DNA from: Octopus bimaculoides
Taxonomy: Eukaryota
Length of the DNA: 64,000 bases
Direction: 5' to 3'
NCBI RefSeq assembly: GCF_001194135.2
Contig: NC_068991.1
Span: 4,221,830 to 4,285,829 of the forward strand
In this document: positions 14,185 to 25,979 of the stretch, piece by piece
Numbering within the stretch: the first letter of the stretch is position 1
Layout of the letters: every line of letters starts with the position of its first letter
Translations under genes and position numbers: made by a program
The notes under the pieces: generated by a model
Database searches by the model: none
Seen by the model: the letters and a program-made list of their open reading frames with translations, nothing else
Told to the model about the DNA's origin: nothing

Positions 14185-14370
14185 ATTTCATCCTGCCAAA
14201 AAAAACCAACAAAAGCAAAGCAATCTAACGTTATATTGAGTCGTCAAAATGAAAATATTTTATCTGCGTAATAGCAAAGCCTGTTGGTATACTGGAAGAT
14301 CTCTAAACGAGTTTAGAATTGTTCATCGCATTTTTGGCATTAATCGCCATCAACTGCTGTTTCTTTCTCT
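14185..14370. repeat. Local duplication, copy 2
   Basis: Direct-orientation match to 11449-11646 with scattered substitutions and one indel. Confidence 0.9.
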
Positions 14371-14783
14371 AATGTGCTCCCTCTTTGAAATGTGTTGGGG
14401 ATTTCGCTTGTCATAGATATCTGATCTCTAGCTATTTTGCTATTCTCTTCCAAGTTAATATCGCTATGTGCCAAAGCCATTCTTCGATCCTTGATGTTGC
14501 ATTTTTAAATGGTACATAGTTGTCATAAATGAAATACTTAATTACTTTGAACGTTTTCTCTACAAAACAACAACAACAACAACAACAAAAAAAAGCAATT
14601 TAATTTCAATGTTTTCCTTTGTGGATTGCTCCGTTCACTGTAATGTTGTCAACAAGCATCTGTTGCTGTTGATTTAGCTACAACATGATCCTATGCTGGA
14701 TACTTTGTTTTATTTTATATCCTGCTTGTTAAAAAGCTATGCTGCTTATATTGAAGCTGTGTGACACCTCGTTATTATTGATA

Positions 14784-15104
14784 GTGAAGGCACGTGGCTT
14801 AATGGTTAGAGCATTTGGCTCACGATTGTTAGGTCATGAGCTCAATTCCCGGCGACGCGTTGTGTCCTTGAGCATGACATTTTATTTCACGTTGCTCCAG
14901 TCCATTCAGCTGGCAAAAATGAGTAGTATCTGTATTTCAAAGGGCTGGCCACGTCGCACTTTGTATCACTCTGAATTCCCTCGAGAACTATATTAAAGGT
15001 ACACGTGTCTGAGGAGTGCTCAGCCATTTCCACGTTAATTTCACGAGCAAGCTGTTCTGTTGATCATATTAGCTGGCACCCTCATCGTCGAACCGACGGA
15101 GTGC
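14784..15104 (+). mobile_element. Full-length CORE-type tRNA SINE (family A)
   Basis: A-box/B-box head (TGGCTTAATGG; GAGCTCAATTCC), CORE GTGTCCTTGAGCATGACATTTTATTTCACGTTGCTCCAGTCC, tail ACACGTGTCTG.GGAGTGCTCAGCCA...CACGTTAATTTCACGAGC...GACGGAGTGC. Confidence 0.88.
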
Positions 15105-15402
15105 TCTTTCTATTGTTGAAGACATACTAATGTTATTGTTGTTGTTACCTAGCCTGAGGCCCGCCCTAATATTATAGAATAGTTTGGAATTCTCTGTAAA
15201 TGCACAAAAACCGTTTTAAGGGGGCTACACACTTTGTATTGTTGTTATTGTATTAGGGAAACAATTATGAGAACGGAACCAATGCATAAGCCCCGCTTTA
15301 TATATATGTATGTAATTGGAATTTACAAAAAGCAAACCCCGGAGAGAGCTATGTAAACAACAAGCAGATGTATTAGATTAACGCTCGGGATGGTGAGAAA
15401 GA

Positions 15403-15438
15403 GTTTTACGTTTCAAGCCTATGCTCTTCAACAGAAAG
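15403..15438 (-). ncRNA. Degenerate minimal type I hammerhead ribozyme relic
   Basis: Reverse complement CTTT-CTGTTGA-A-GAGC-ATAG-GCTT-GAAAC-GT-A-AAAC; core A6 changed to T and the closing C of stem II changed to T. Confidence 0.4.
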
Positions 15439-15515
15439 GAACACGGGGAAATGAACAGAGAGAAAATAAAAAAAGAAAGCTTCTGTAGCTAGCGGTCAAT
15501 ATACATATATATATA

Positions 15516-15547
<32 letters not shown>

Positions 15548-16602
15548 TATACATATATATGTGTGTATGTATACACACACACACGCATATATATATATAT
15601 ATATATATATATANNNNNNNNNNNNNNNNNNNNNNNNNNNNNNNNNNNNNNNNNNNNNNNNNNNNNNNNNNNNNNNNNNNNNNNNNNNNNNNNNNNNNNN
15701 NNNNNNNNNNNNNNNNNNNNNNNNNNNNNNNNNNNNNNNNNNNNNNNNNNNNNNNNNNNNNNNNNNATATATATATGTATACATATATATATGTATGTAT
15801 ATATGTATGTGTTGCTATGGTTTGCATTTCCTTTGCTGCTGCTGTTGGTATCATTAGATGTAGTTTGCTTTGTAGTTTCTCCTGTGGAAGTTAATGTTTA
15901 TTTCCATTTTTCTTCCTTGGTATATATTTCGTGTATTATGATGCTTCTGTTGACGTCCTATGTGTTCAATTTAACGATTGCGGACAAAGTTGAGCTGTGA
16001 TTGATATAGATTTACTTTCTAGACTGTGTTGTTGTTTTTCAATATGCAGTTACTATTGGGGTTGACGTCATTATTATGTTTGTTAGTTTTTGAGGCGTTA
16101 TTTTTGCCGTTGTTCTTGTTGATGTTGCTTTCTCAAACTTTACAGTTTTCATAAACTGTCAGCCGAAACGAGCAACCATATAGTAATCTGATCGTTAAAA
16201 ATGAAATTACAGAATGAAAGAAAGCATAAACGCCCAAGACAAACACGTAGAAAAATAAAAAGGATAAATAAATCAAGACTAAAGTGAAAATAATAAAATT
16301 AAATAACAAGGAAAGGAAATAACGTTATGCGTTTACTGAAAAAGCAAATTTATAGAGTTTATCGGTTATTTTAGTCGCATTTGTATTTATTGTTTTTGTA
16401 ATTCCTTGTTTTTTTAAAGATTTTAATTGAATATTTTATATAAATCATATTTCTTCTAAAACTAAAGTTATGATTTCTTGATAAAATTGTTGTTGAGAAT
16501 TTTCGTTTCGTGCTTGGCGAACATCAATCTATGTATTCAAACTCCCACCCCCACCCCAGTAAACCTGGCGACATGATATGCTAGATCGTGCGTAAAATAA
16601 AT

Positions 16603-16618
16603 TTCCGGCCGCCATTTT
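16603..16618 (-). promoter_or_regulatory. YY1-like AAAATGGCGGC fused to an ETS-like CCGGAA
   Basis: Minus strand reads AAAATGGCGGCCGGAA in otherwise very AT-rich DNA. Confidence 0.3.
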
Positions 16619-18380
16619 ATTTCGTACAAAATGTAATGTATTTTCTATACTTTTAAATGTTTTCATTTTATATTGTGTAATATTTATTGCTAAATCGACT
16701 GTGTTGTCAGAAATATATATACATACAAACATACATACATATGCATACATTCAGACATATACACACACACACATACATGTATGTATGTATGTATGTATGT
16801 ATGTATGTATAAATTTGTATTTCCTCTTTCTCTATACAAAAATTTCATATCTTCGTGTATATGAATGAATTTGTAAATACATATTATTAATATTGTGTGT
16901 ATATTTTAATGTATATATGTACCTACCTATAAAGTTTCATATGTGAAAATTGTTATTGATACTTTGGATTTTTGTTAGAAAGAATAAATGATAATTCTAA
17001 GAAAAATCCAATTTTCCACAAACATTGCAACTATCGATTTCTTTACATATGAGCATGGTTCCAGATTTTGTGCTAGTGGAAAATAGATTGATTAAAGTTC
17101 ATGTTCTTCCCAACTTTAATAAACGATATGGAACTTGCCTCAAATTCATTGCTCTGTATTTGCTTTGCGTGTTATATTACGCATCTCAGGAAGTCGAGTT
17201 ATTCTTTGAACCCACGTAAACTTTCTCCAGAGGTTAACACTGATATATGATCACTATGCCAGTGCATTGTGTTGTGGCTGCGGTGTAGAATGTAATCATG
17301 GTTTTAAGTCTATTTTAATATAATCTTGGTTATAATTAAATGTTAAATGGTCTCAAAGACGGATAACTGGTGTTTGAGAGCTATCGATATATTAGAAAGG
17401 GTAGGAAAAATTATTATACGACTAGTATTAATTAATGCGAAAATTAACGGTAAAGGCAGAGAACAAACATAGCTTTAAGAGAGTTGGAAAATTGCTTTGT
17501 GGTATTCGTTCAGATTTTAGTTTTTGAGTTCAAATTTCGCCGAAATCTTCGTTATATTGCATTCCTGCGATGTCGATATAACAATGCAAGAGTCAAATAC
17601 TCTGAACAATCCTTCTTCTCTTTTCAATGTTGCTGACCTCGTGTCTAAATTAGAAACCTTTCATGCTTCGCTGAAATCTTTGCATAAGCGTGTCACAGCT
17701 GTTATATTTCTCAGAGCGCGATATAAATATAGTCTTTATTTCGATATGATGCGATCTGTTGAAATGAAAATACGATTGAGTCTCTTGTGACCCAGATCCA
17801 TTGTGCAACTTCGGCTTCGGTAAATAAATCGATGAAAATCAATAACGATTTCAATACTGAATAAATACATATGATATGATAAGAATACATTTTATGGTTT
17901 AGGACAATCAAATGACTCTATGGATGAATAAGGACAAAGGTTCAATCTTCAGCGATGACGTTTCGGGATTCTCTCTCATTGTTATTTGACAGGAATTCTG
18001 GCTGTGACAATAGAAGCTATGAACGAAATTCCAACGATGGTAAAGTTTATGAAATACCTCGAACATGATTTTCACACCAGCATGTATCTGCATTCCTGTA
18101 CATATAAGTACTCACAAACCCGGAAAACACATAAAATAATGTAAACTCTCCTCCCTTTAAAAATATCAAGGGGTCGTCTTTGATGAGAAGAGAATTGGGA
18201 AACGACTTGGTGTAAAACAATATCACTGTTCCTCATTTCTCCATCTTTATATACATATAAAGCCTTACTTTATTAGCGGAAGATTGAATAAAACAAATCA
18301 CATCTAGATGGATCTGATGTCTCTAGTAAATAGCAAAGAGGATACCATTCGAAATCAGTGGCGATATCGACAGATTTATG

Positions 18381-18791
18381 AAGGCGGCGATCTGGTAGAA
18401 CAGTTAGCAGCCGGAAAAAACGCTTGGCGGTATCTCGTCCGTCTTTACATTTCGCCGAGATAGACTTTACATTCCATCCTTTCGGGGTCGATAAAATAAG
18501 TACCAGTTTTAGCAGTATCTGAATTACCCCCACCCCCAAATTTGCTGGTCTTTAGCCGAAATTTGAAATCAAAGCGGCGAGCAGGAATTCTTTACATTTT
18601 GAGTTCATATTTCGCCGAGGTTGACTTTACCTTTAGTCTTTTATCGACAGACACAATACCGCCAATTTTCTTTCACGGCATGCTCCCGATAAAATAAACA
18701 CCATTTGAACAGTAGCGCTTTGGGGTCGGAAAGCAATATAATCGACTAGCTCCCAACCCGATATTGCTGGTCTTCTGCTAAAATTTGAAAC
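18381..18791 (+). mobile_element. Two or more tandem/partial family B SINEs
   Basis: AAGGCGGCGATCTGG head, CATCCTTTCGGGGTCGATAAAATAAGTACCAG, CCCCCAAATTTGCTGG tail, repeated; runs into a gap. Confidence 0.8.
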
Positions 18792-19167
18792 NNNNNNNNN
18801 NNNNNNNNNNNNNNNNNNNNNNNNNNNNNNNNNNNNNNNNNNNNNNNNNNNNNNNNNNNNNNNNNNNNNNNNNNNNNNNNNNNNNNNNNNNNNNNNNNNN
18901 NNNNNNNNNNNNNNNNNNNNNNNNNNNNNNNNNNNNNNNNNNNNNNNNNNNNNNNNNNNNNNNNNNNNNNNNNNNNNNNNNNNNNNNNNNNNNNNNNNNN
19001 NNNNNNNNNNNNNNNNNNNNNNNNNNNNNNNNNNNNNNNNNNNNNNNNNNNNNNNNNNNNNNNNNNNNNNNNNNNNNNNNNNNNNNNNNNNNNNNNNNNN
19101 NNNNNNNNNNNNNNNNNNNNATATAGATGTAGATATTGATATAGATATATATATATATATACATATA

Positions 19168-19320
19168 TAAATACTACGGGGTTGTTGCCATGAACCACAT
19201 CCACTCTCTGTGCTTTGGTGGGCCCGGTACTATAATTACATGACATTCAATGAAAGTGGACTGAACCCGGTACCATGTGGTTGATAAGCTAGCTTCTAAC
19301 CACATAGTCACGTCTGCGCC
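19168..19320 (-). mobile_element. Family C SINE 5' part
   Basis: GTGGACTGAACCCGGTACCATGTGGTTGATAAGCTAGCTTCTAACCAC matches the reverse complement of the head at 50394. Confidence 0.7.
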
Positions 19321-20786
19321 AAAAAATACTGTATGTATATTGTGTCTTGTCGCTGGACCGAATTTTTCCTTTGAAGAAAGCATAAATACAATCAACTATG
19401 GCGTCGAATATGTGTTTGATTCAATTTTGTCGCTGTTGGTAAAGAATCTTCCAAAAACAATTTATTTTAAAATCTATACTGCGTAAGCAACAGAATATTT
19501 TTTTTAACGAAAAATGTTCGTCAATGAACTTCGTCTATAATAATTCAATGATACCATTCCATAAAACTATAAAAATTAAATTAACATATCAATATTTTCT
19601 TTTTCTAATTTATACATTTTGATGCGTTGTGAGTTCATATCAAAAATATTACAATTCAAACAACCAACAAAATAAAGTTGAAATATTTGAAAATTCATAA
19701 TTATAAGGAAAATTGATATAAAGCAAATGAAATTGGTTGTGAATTAAAATAGCCTTGATTTTTGAGTGCACGTGTATAATATTAATTATATATCGTCTAA
19801 TTCTCACATTCTGAACGTAATTATATTCATAAATATTATATTATTTTCACTTCAAACTAAAAATTGTTTACGTTTCACTTTTCTATTTTTAGTTTTTTTT
19901 CATACCCGAGTAGATTTGATTCGTTTATTTATATTTTAAAGAGTCAATTAATGCTCGGATTTATTTCTATTATATTCTGTGATAAAAAGAAAATGAAGAA
20001 ATACGTGTAATAACAGATTGAGTAACTTGTATATATGTGTATGTATATATATATATATATATNNNNNNNNNNNNNNNNNNNNNNNNNNNNNNNNNNNNNN
20101 NNNNNNNNNNNNNNNNNNNNNNNNNNNNNNNNNNNNNNNNNNNNNNNNNNNNNNNNNNNNNNNNNNNNNNNNNNNNNNNNNNNNNNNNNNNNNNNNNNNN
20201 NNNNNNNNNNNNNNNNNNNNNNNNNNNNNNNNNNNNNNNNNNNNNNNNNNNNNNNNNNNNNNNNNNNNNNNNNNNNNNNNNNNNNNNNNNNNNNNNNNNN
20301 NNNNNNNNNNNNNNNNNNNNNNNNNNNNNNNNNNNNNNNNNNNNNNNNNNNNNNNNNNNNNNNNNNNNNNNNNNNNNNNNNNNNNNNNNNNNNNNNNNNN
20401 NNNNNNNNNNNNNNNNNNNNNNNNNNNNNNNNNNNNNNNNNNNNNNNNNNNNNNNNNNNNNNNNNNNNNNNNNNNNNNNNNNNNNNNNNNNNNNNNNNNN
20501 NNNNNNNNNNNNNNNNNNNNNNNNNNNNNNNNNNNNNNNNNNNNNNNNNNNNNNNNNNNNNNNNNNNNNNNNNNNNNNNNNNNNNNNNNNNNNNNNNNNN
20601 NNNNNNNNNNNNNNNNNNNNNNNNNNNNNNNNNNNNNNNNNNNNNNNNNNNNNNNNNNNNNNNNNNNNNNNNTATATATATATGTATGTATATATGTATG
20701 TATGCATACAAGAATACGTACATATGTGTGTGTTTCTTTGTTCATGTATGTGTGTGTAATTAAACACCCGTAACACAACGACGATC

Positions 20787-20835
<49 letters not shown>

Positions 20836-21376
20836 TGAAGTAAGATCGTAAGAGAAGAGGAGATGTTTGTTTAAAGACGTTATATTAAACATATTAATAT
20901 TCTGCAATAATTACATAACGTACAGAGCAGTAGTGAAGTGTGACAGAGAAAGTGAGAAAAATACGAGAGAGGAGGTAAGAGAGAGAGAGAAATTAAAAGA
21001 GAGTAAGCTAAAGGGTGTAAGAGAGAGAATGTTTGGTGCGAAATCATTTTAAAATAGCTAGAAAAGACAATGAATAAAATTAGAAATGGAAGCTGAATTC
21101 TAACGAATGGAATAAAATAAATATCGACAGAGAGATGGAGTTTGTCGTTTTTCTTAATTAAGTTTGGTCCTTGGTCAAGCAGATCTATGATCAAATGTCT
21201 TTCATCAATAATAATGCTGTCTTCTCAGAATTATGCACTACTAATATCTCTAATGTATCGAAATTATGTACGTCCGTAGAATGTATGTCGAAAGAGATTT
21301 AATTGTTAGTTCTAGGCAAAGATTGATTACGTTGTGTCTTCTTTGTTTAACGTCTGTAGAAAGTTTAATAATTTTC

Positions 21377-21660
<284 letters not shown>

Positions 21661-22239
21661 TNNNNNNNNNNNNNNNNNNNNNNNNNNNNNNNNNNNNNNN
21701 NNNNNNNNNNNNNNNNNNNNNNNNNNNNNNNNNNNNNNNNNNNNNNNNNNNNNNNNNNNNNNNNNNNNNNNNNNNNNNNNNNNNNNNNNNNNNNNNNNNN
21801 NNNNNNNNNNNNNNNNNNNNNNNNNNNNNNNNNNNNNNNNNNNNNNNNNNNNNNNNNNNNNNNNNNNNNNNNNNNNNNNNNNNNNNNNNNNNNNNNNNNN
21901 NNNNNNNNNNNNNNNNNNNNNNNNNNNNNNNNNNNNNNNNNNNNNNNNNNNNNNNNNNNNNNNNNNNNNNNNNNNNNNNNNNNNNNNNNNNNNNNNNNNN
22001 NNNNNNNNNNNNNNNNNNNNNNNNNNNNNNNNNNNNNNNNNNNNNNNNNNNNNNNNNNNNNNNNNNNNNNNNNNNNNNNNNNNNNNNNNNNNNNNNNNNN
22101 NNNNNNNNNNNNNNNNNNNNNNNNNNNNNNNNNNNNNNNNNNNNNNNNNNNNNNNNNNNNNNNNNNNNNNNNNNNNNNNNNNNNNNNNNNNNNNNNNNNN
22201 NNNNNNNNNNNNNNNNNNTATATATACATGTATGGAGCA

Positions 22240-22720
22240 GGCAAACCTAAGGTGGTATATCTGGATTGTTTGGTGCCAGGCATACCTGTGGTAGCAACTA
22301 TAAGATAGTTCACTGAGAGACATAGTTGACAATTGTGTGCTCCGGTTGAATATAGAGGGGGTGTTGTCAATGATACTCCGTTTGATGTTGGAGAAATCAT
22401 TCCAACGGTCACGAAGTCTCTAGATAAAACGGGACGGGAGACGTAGCGGAGTCTTCCCTCGCTCTGCAGGTGAAAGGGTGCTTACCTTGCATATAACTTG
22501 CCTTGGAGTTATTGCCATCAGATGGTGTGGAGGTGGGTCTATAGACCACAACTTTTGTGAGACAGGAGCCTCTCAGTGTGCATTTGGTAGCATTCAAGCT
22601 GTTGTAGATTGGGATATGTCCTGTGTGCCTCTGCCTATTTTAATGTGAGATTCTAGAAGCGATGTTCGTTAAGTAGAAGTAATTGCCTTCAACGTTTTAT
22701 GGTTTGAGGAACGTTTATAT
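22240..22720 (-). mobile_element. Decayed Penelope-like retroelement (PLE) ORF, GIY-YIG endonuclease region
   Basis: Frameshifted minus-strand translation gives KCTLRGSCLTKVVVYR (PLE CPLxGxCLxxxVVY motif), then SIID, YSTGAHNCQLCLSVNYLI (CxLCLxE motif) and a WHQ resembling the terminal CRH, in the expected order. Confidence 0.72.
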
Positions 22721-23230
22721 TAATATCACTTAACAAACAATACAACTACCACCAAACAGCGGTGCCATTTGCCGACCAACAGCCTGTCCGACCACGTGAA
22801 CCTGAAAACAAAGATAAGATCTGATGCTGCTTCCAAACCAATAATACCAAATCAGTTGCACATAATGATTGATGATTATCAGTGAATCATTGGTAATTTT
22901 TGCGTAGCATAAATTATGAATGATTCGCTGACGTCATTGTAATTTTTTTACATGATCTCTAAAATTGTGTTACACGTCGCAACATTAGATATTAATATTC
23001 TGTCCAAGGAACAGCAACAGCTTAAATACATTTTGGAAACTCTCCTAGATTAGCAGATTGGGAATATTTCATATCCACTGCTAACTAGGTTATATAAATA
23101 AATTCTCTTGAGAACTATTCTCATGTGTCGTTTCTATGGCGTGTAGGTGAAAGAGATCACGGTGGTCCAGGGGAATAGGATGTCACTTCGTCGCAGAATT
23201 AAACAACTATACTGAGACTACTGGAGCAAA

Positions 23231-23307
23231 GTTGCCTCGATAACTGAAGAGATGCCGGTGCAGGTTTACGCACCGACATCCGAAACTCGGAGTTTTATCA
23301 TGGCAAC
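23231..23307 (+). ncRNA. Type I hammerhead ribozyme, near-intact
   Basis: Stem I GTTGCC-TC-GATAA pairs with TTATC-AT-GGCAAC. Core CTGAAGA 23244-23250. Stem II GATGCCGGTGC/GCACCGACATC (one mismatch, loop AGGTTTAC) plus one extra C. GAAA 23282-23285. Helix III ACT-CGG-AGT. Predicted GUU cleavage after 23294. Confidence 0.8.
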
Positions 23308-23335
23308 CGAACAATTGTCACATATTGTATTACAA

Positions 23336-23372
<37 letters not shown>

Positions 23373-23373
23373 C

Positions 23374-23548
23374 GGCACTCCGTCGTTTACGACGACGCGT
23401 GTTGCAGTAGATCCAATCAACGGAACAGCTTGCTCGTGAAATTAACGTGCAAGACGCTGAGCACTCTACAGACACGTGTACCCTTAACGTAGTTCCCGGG
23501 GCGATTCTGCGTGGCACAGAATGTGACACAGTTGGCCCTTTGAAATAT
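23374..23548 (-). mobile_element. Family A SINE 3' half
   Basis: GGCACTCCGTCG...GGAACAGCTTGCTCGTGAAATTAACGTGCAAG..GCTGAGCACTC..CAGACACGTGTACCCTTAACGTAG is the reverse complement of the family A tail. Confidence 0.85.
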
Positions 23549-24055
23549 CATTGCGTTAAGAGAAGAATCGAACTGGTGATTAGGTTGTTGGAAACTTTTA
23601 ATGAAGCAAACTCTATTTTGCCATATTTGAGAAATAAAAAAATTAAAATAAAATAAGATAAAGGAGAGTAAAGTCAAATAAAATACAACATCAACAACAG
23701 GAGAGAGAAAAAATTACGACTACAACTACGATAGTAAAACAAAACGAAAATAAAAAAGACTCCGCAACGAAGAAGAATATAGGCCCGCAGCAAAGACAGA
23801 GCTATGAAGAAAACGACTTGAAGCAGTAAGAGAGTTTCTAGAAGAGACGCCGCAACAGCGACAATCGAAACAACAACAAGAACAATGACAAGAAAAGCAA
23901 CTACTTAATACTAATACTACAACAACAAAACATCTATAAAAGAGTCGTTTAGATTAATATCTAATTTGCCATAAATCCATTAAAAAATTTATTGTCAGCA
24001 GATTTAGTGATTCCTCCAAGAGATTAGTGCTAAATGGAAAACCGTTTCTCCTTCC

Positions 24056-24150
24056 CCGCACCTCCTGCTCCTGCTCCTGCTCCTCCTCCTCCTCCTTCTT
24101 CTTCTTCTTCTTCTTCTTCTTCTTCTTCTTCTTCTTCTTCTTCTTCTTCT
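24056..24150. repeat. (CTC/CTG)n to (CTT)n trinucleotide repeat
   Basis: Directly visible. Confidence 0.95.
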
Positions 24151-24885
24151 TGTTACTTCCTCCCCTCTCTCCTCCTTCTCTGCAAGCATCTTCCTGGGTC
24201 GGAAAGAAGACGGAAAGGTATTCCATATGTATGCATATATGTATGTATGTGTGTAAATATATATATATATATATATATGCACACATACACATGCGCGAGT
24301 ATATGTGTGTTTTTGTGTGTGCTGAGGTGGAGAGAAGGAGAGAGAGAGGGAGAGAGAGATGGAGCGAGTCGGGAGAAAGATTGGATGATGCAGAATGATT
24401 ACATTTTATGAATATTTAGAAAATTTGGAAAATGAGTGAAGAATGATAAAAGCATAAATTATGAACATAAATTAATTGTAATTAAAAGCATTTTAAAGAA
24501 CTCTTCATGAGATAATGACGATTATGGCGACAATGACGGAACGCTTTATGACAATGACAATGTTGTTTATGATAACGATTATGGAGGTGGGAATTATGAC
24601 GATACTAAGAATATTGGCTTCGAAGGGAGTTGGTTAAATGGATTACATGGACCCTAGTTCTCAAGTGGTACTTATCTAATCGTTGGTTACGTAGGTTTAG
24701 AAAATAGTAGTGCATGTCTTCTGGTTGGAGGTTTAGAACTGAATCAAATTTATAAAGAGAAATATAATGACCCTGTGTCTTCTGAATGAATTCGGTAGCC
24801 CGACATATTGCCGTTACATGAAATACTGTCATCACTGAACATGAAATTTAAACAATATGCATTGATTATAGCCGGGTAATATGTT

Positions 24886-25262
24886 GGCACTCCATCGCTT
24901 ACGATGTCGAGGTTTCCAGTTGATCCGATCAACGGAACAGCCTGCTCGTGAAATTAACGTGCAAGTGGTTGAGCACTCCACAGACACGTGTACGCTTAAC
25001 ATAGTTGTCGGGGATATTCAGCCTGGCACAGTGTGACAAGGCTGACCCTTTGAATTACAGGCACAACAGAAACAGGAAGTAAGAGTGAGAGAAAGTTGTG
25101 GTGAGAGAGTACAGCAGGCTTCGCCACCACCTCTGCCGAAGCCTCGTGGGGCTTTAGGTGTTTTCGCTCAATAAACATTCACAACGCCCGGTCTGGGAAT
25201 CGAAACTGCGATCCTATGACCACGAGTCCACTGCTCTAACCACTGGGCCATTGCGCCTCCAC
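24886..25262 (-). mobile_element. Full-length tRNA SINE with family A tail but a different central region
   Basis: Head GTGGAGGCGCAATGGCCCAGTGGTTAGAGCAG...TTTCGATTCCC; tail homologous to 14940-15104; the central segment differs. Confidence 0.85.
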
Positions 25263-25979
25263 TGCATGGGTAATAATATTAGTAGTATTTACCCATATGT
25301 ATACATAGAGGCTTAGCACATATGTATTTATGTTTATGGAAAAGAAACATACAGACATTGACACACGAGGAGAGAGTACACAAGACATTGCGAAAAATAT
25401 ATCTCGATTTTTTTTTTCTGATTTATTCTGTAGAGAGACAAACCTGAAAATATAAAGCAACGAATGAAAGTTGCGTAATTTTGATATGCTTTAGTCGATA
25501 TGTACACCAACACGGCTGTAACTGATGTTAAGCTTCACAGACAACATCAAAGAAAATGTAAGCAGTTCATTATGTTACAAACTAAATTTTGGTACCTTTG
25601 AAAAAAGTTTTATCGAAAAGTAATTGATTTGTTTTGTTTTGAGGGGGTTTAAGTTCGTTTATTCAATTTCGTCACACACACTCACTTTCTGTCTCTTTCA
25701 TTCTGTCTCTTTCCCGTCTCTCTAACACACTGTCACTCCCTCTCTCTCGAACTGTACTTCCTGTCTCCCTCATTCTGTGACGCTCACAGTCACTCGCTCT
25801 CAGTTGCTCCCACTCACTGTTGCTGTCGTTCTTGTTGTTTTTTGGCATACCATCTGCCGCTGAACTTCTGCTATTTAAATAGAAAGAATCTTGGAGTTTG
25901 CGTGAACTGTAGTAAATTGCTCCATTTCCATCCTCACCAAAGTGAGGCAGAACAAAACGTTAACCTTTCGAGTTATAAT

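Noticed and set aside
14784-14860. tRNA-like A/B boxes as tRNA genes (also 25190-25262, 50394-50460, 59768-59835)
   Set aside because: They do not form complete cloverleafs and continue into SINE bodies.
17940-17985. Minus-strand CCGAAACGTC followed by CTGAAGA
   Set aside because: The order and spacing do not allow a stem I, and the upstream core is missing.
17993-18145. Candidate exon GILAVTIEAMNEIPTM with acceptor and GTAAAG donor
   Set aside because: Short and unrecognised; such matches are expected by chance in 64 kb.
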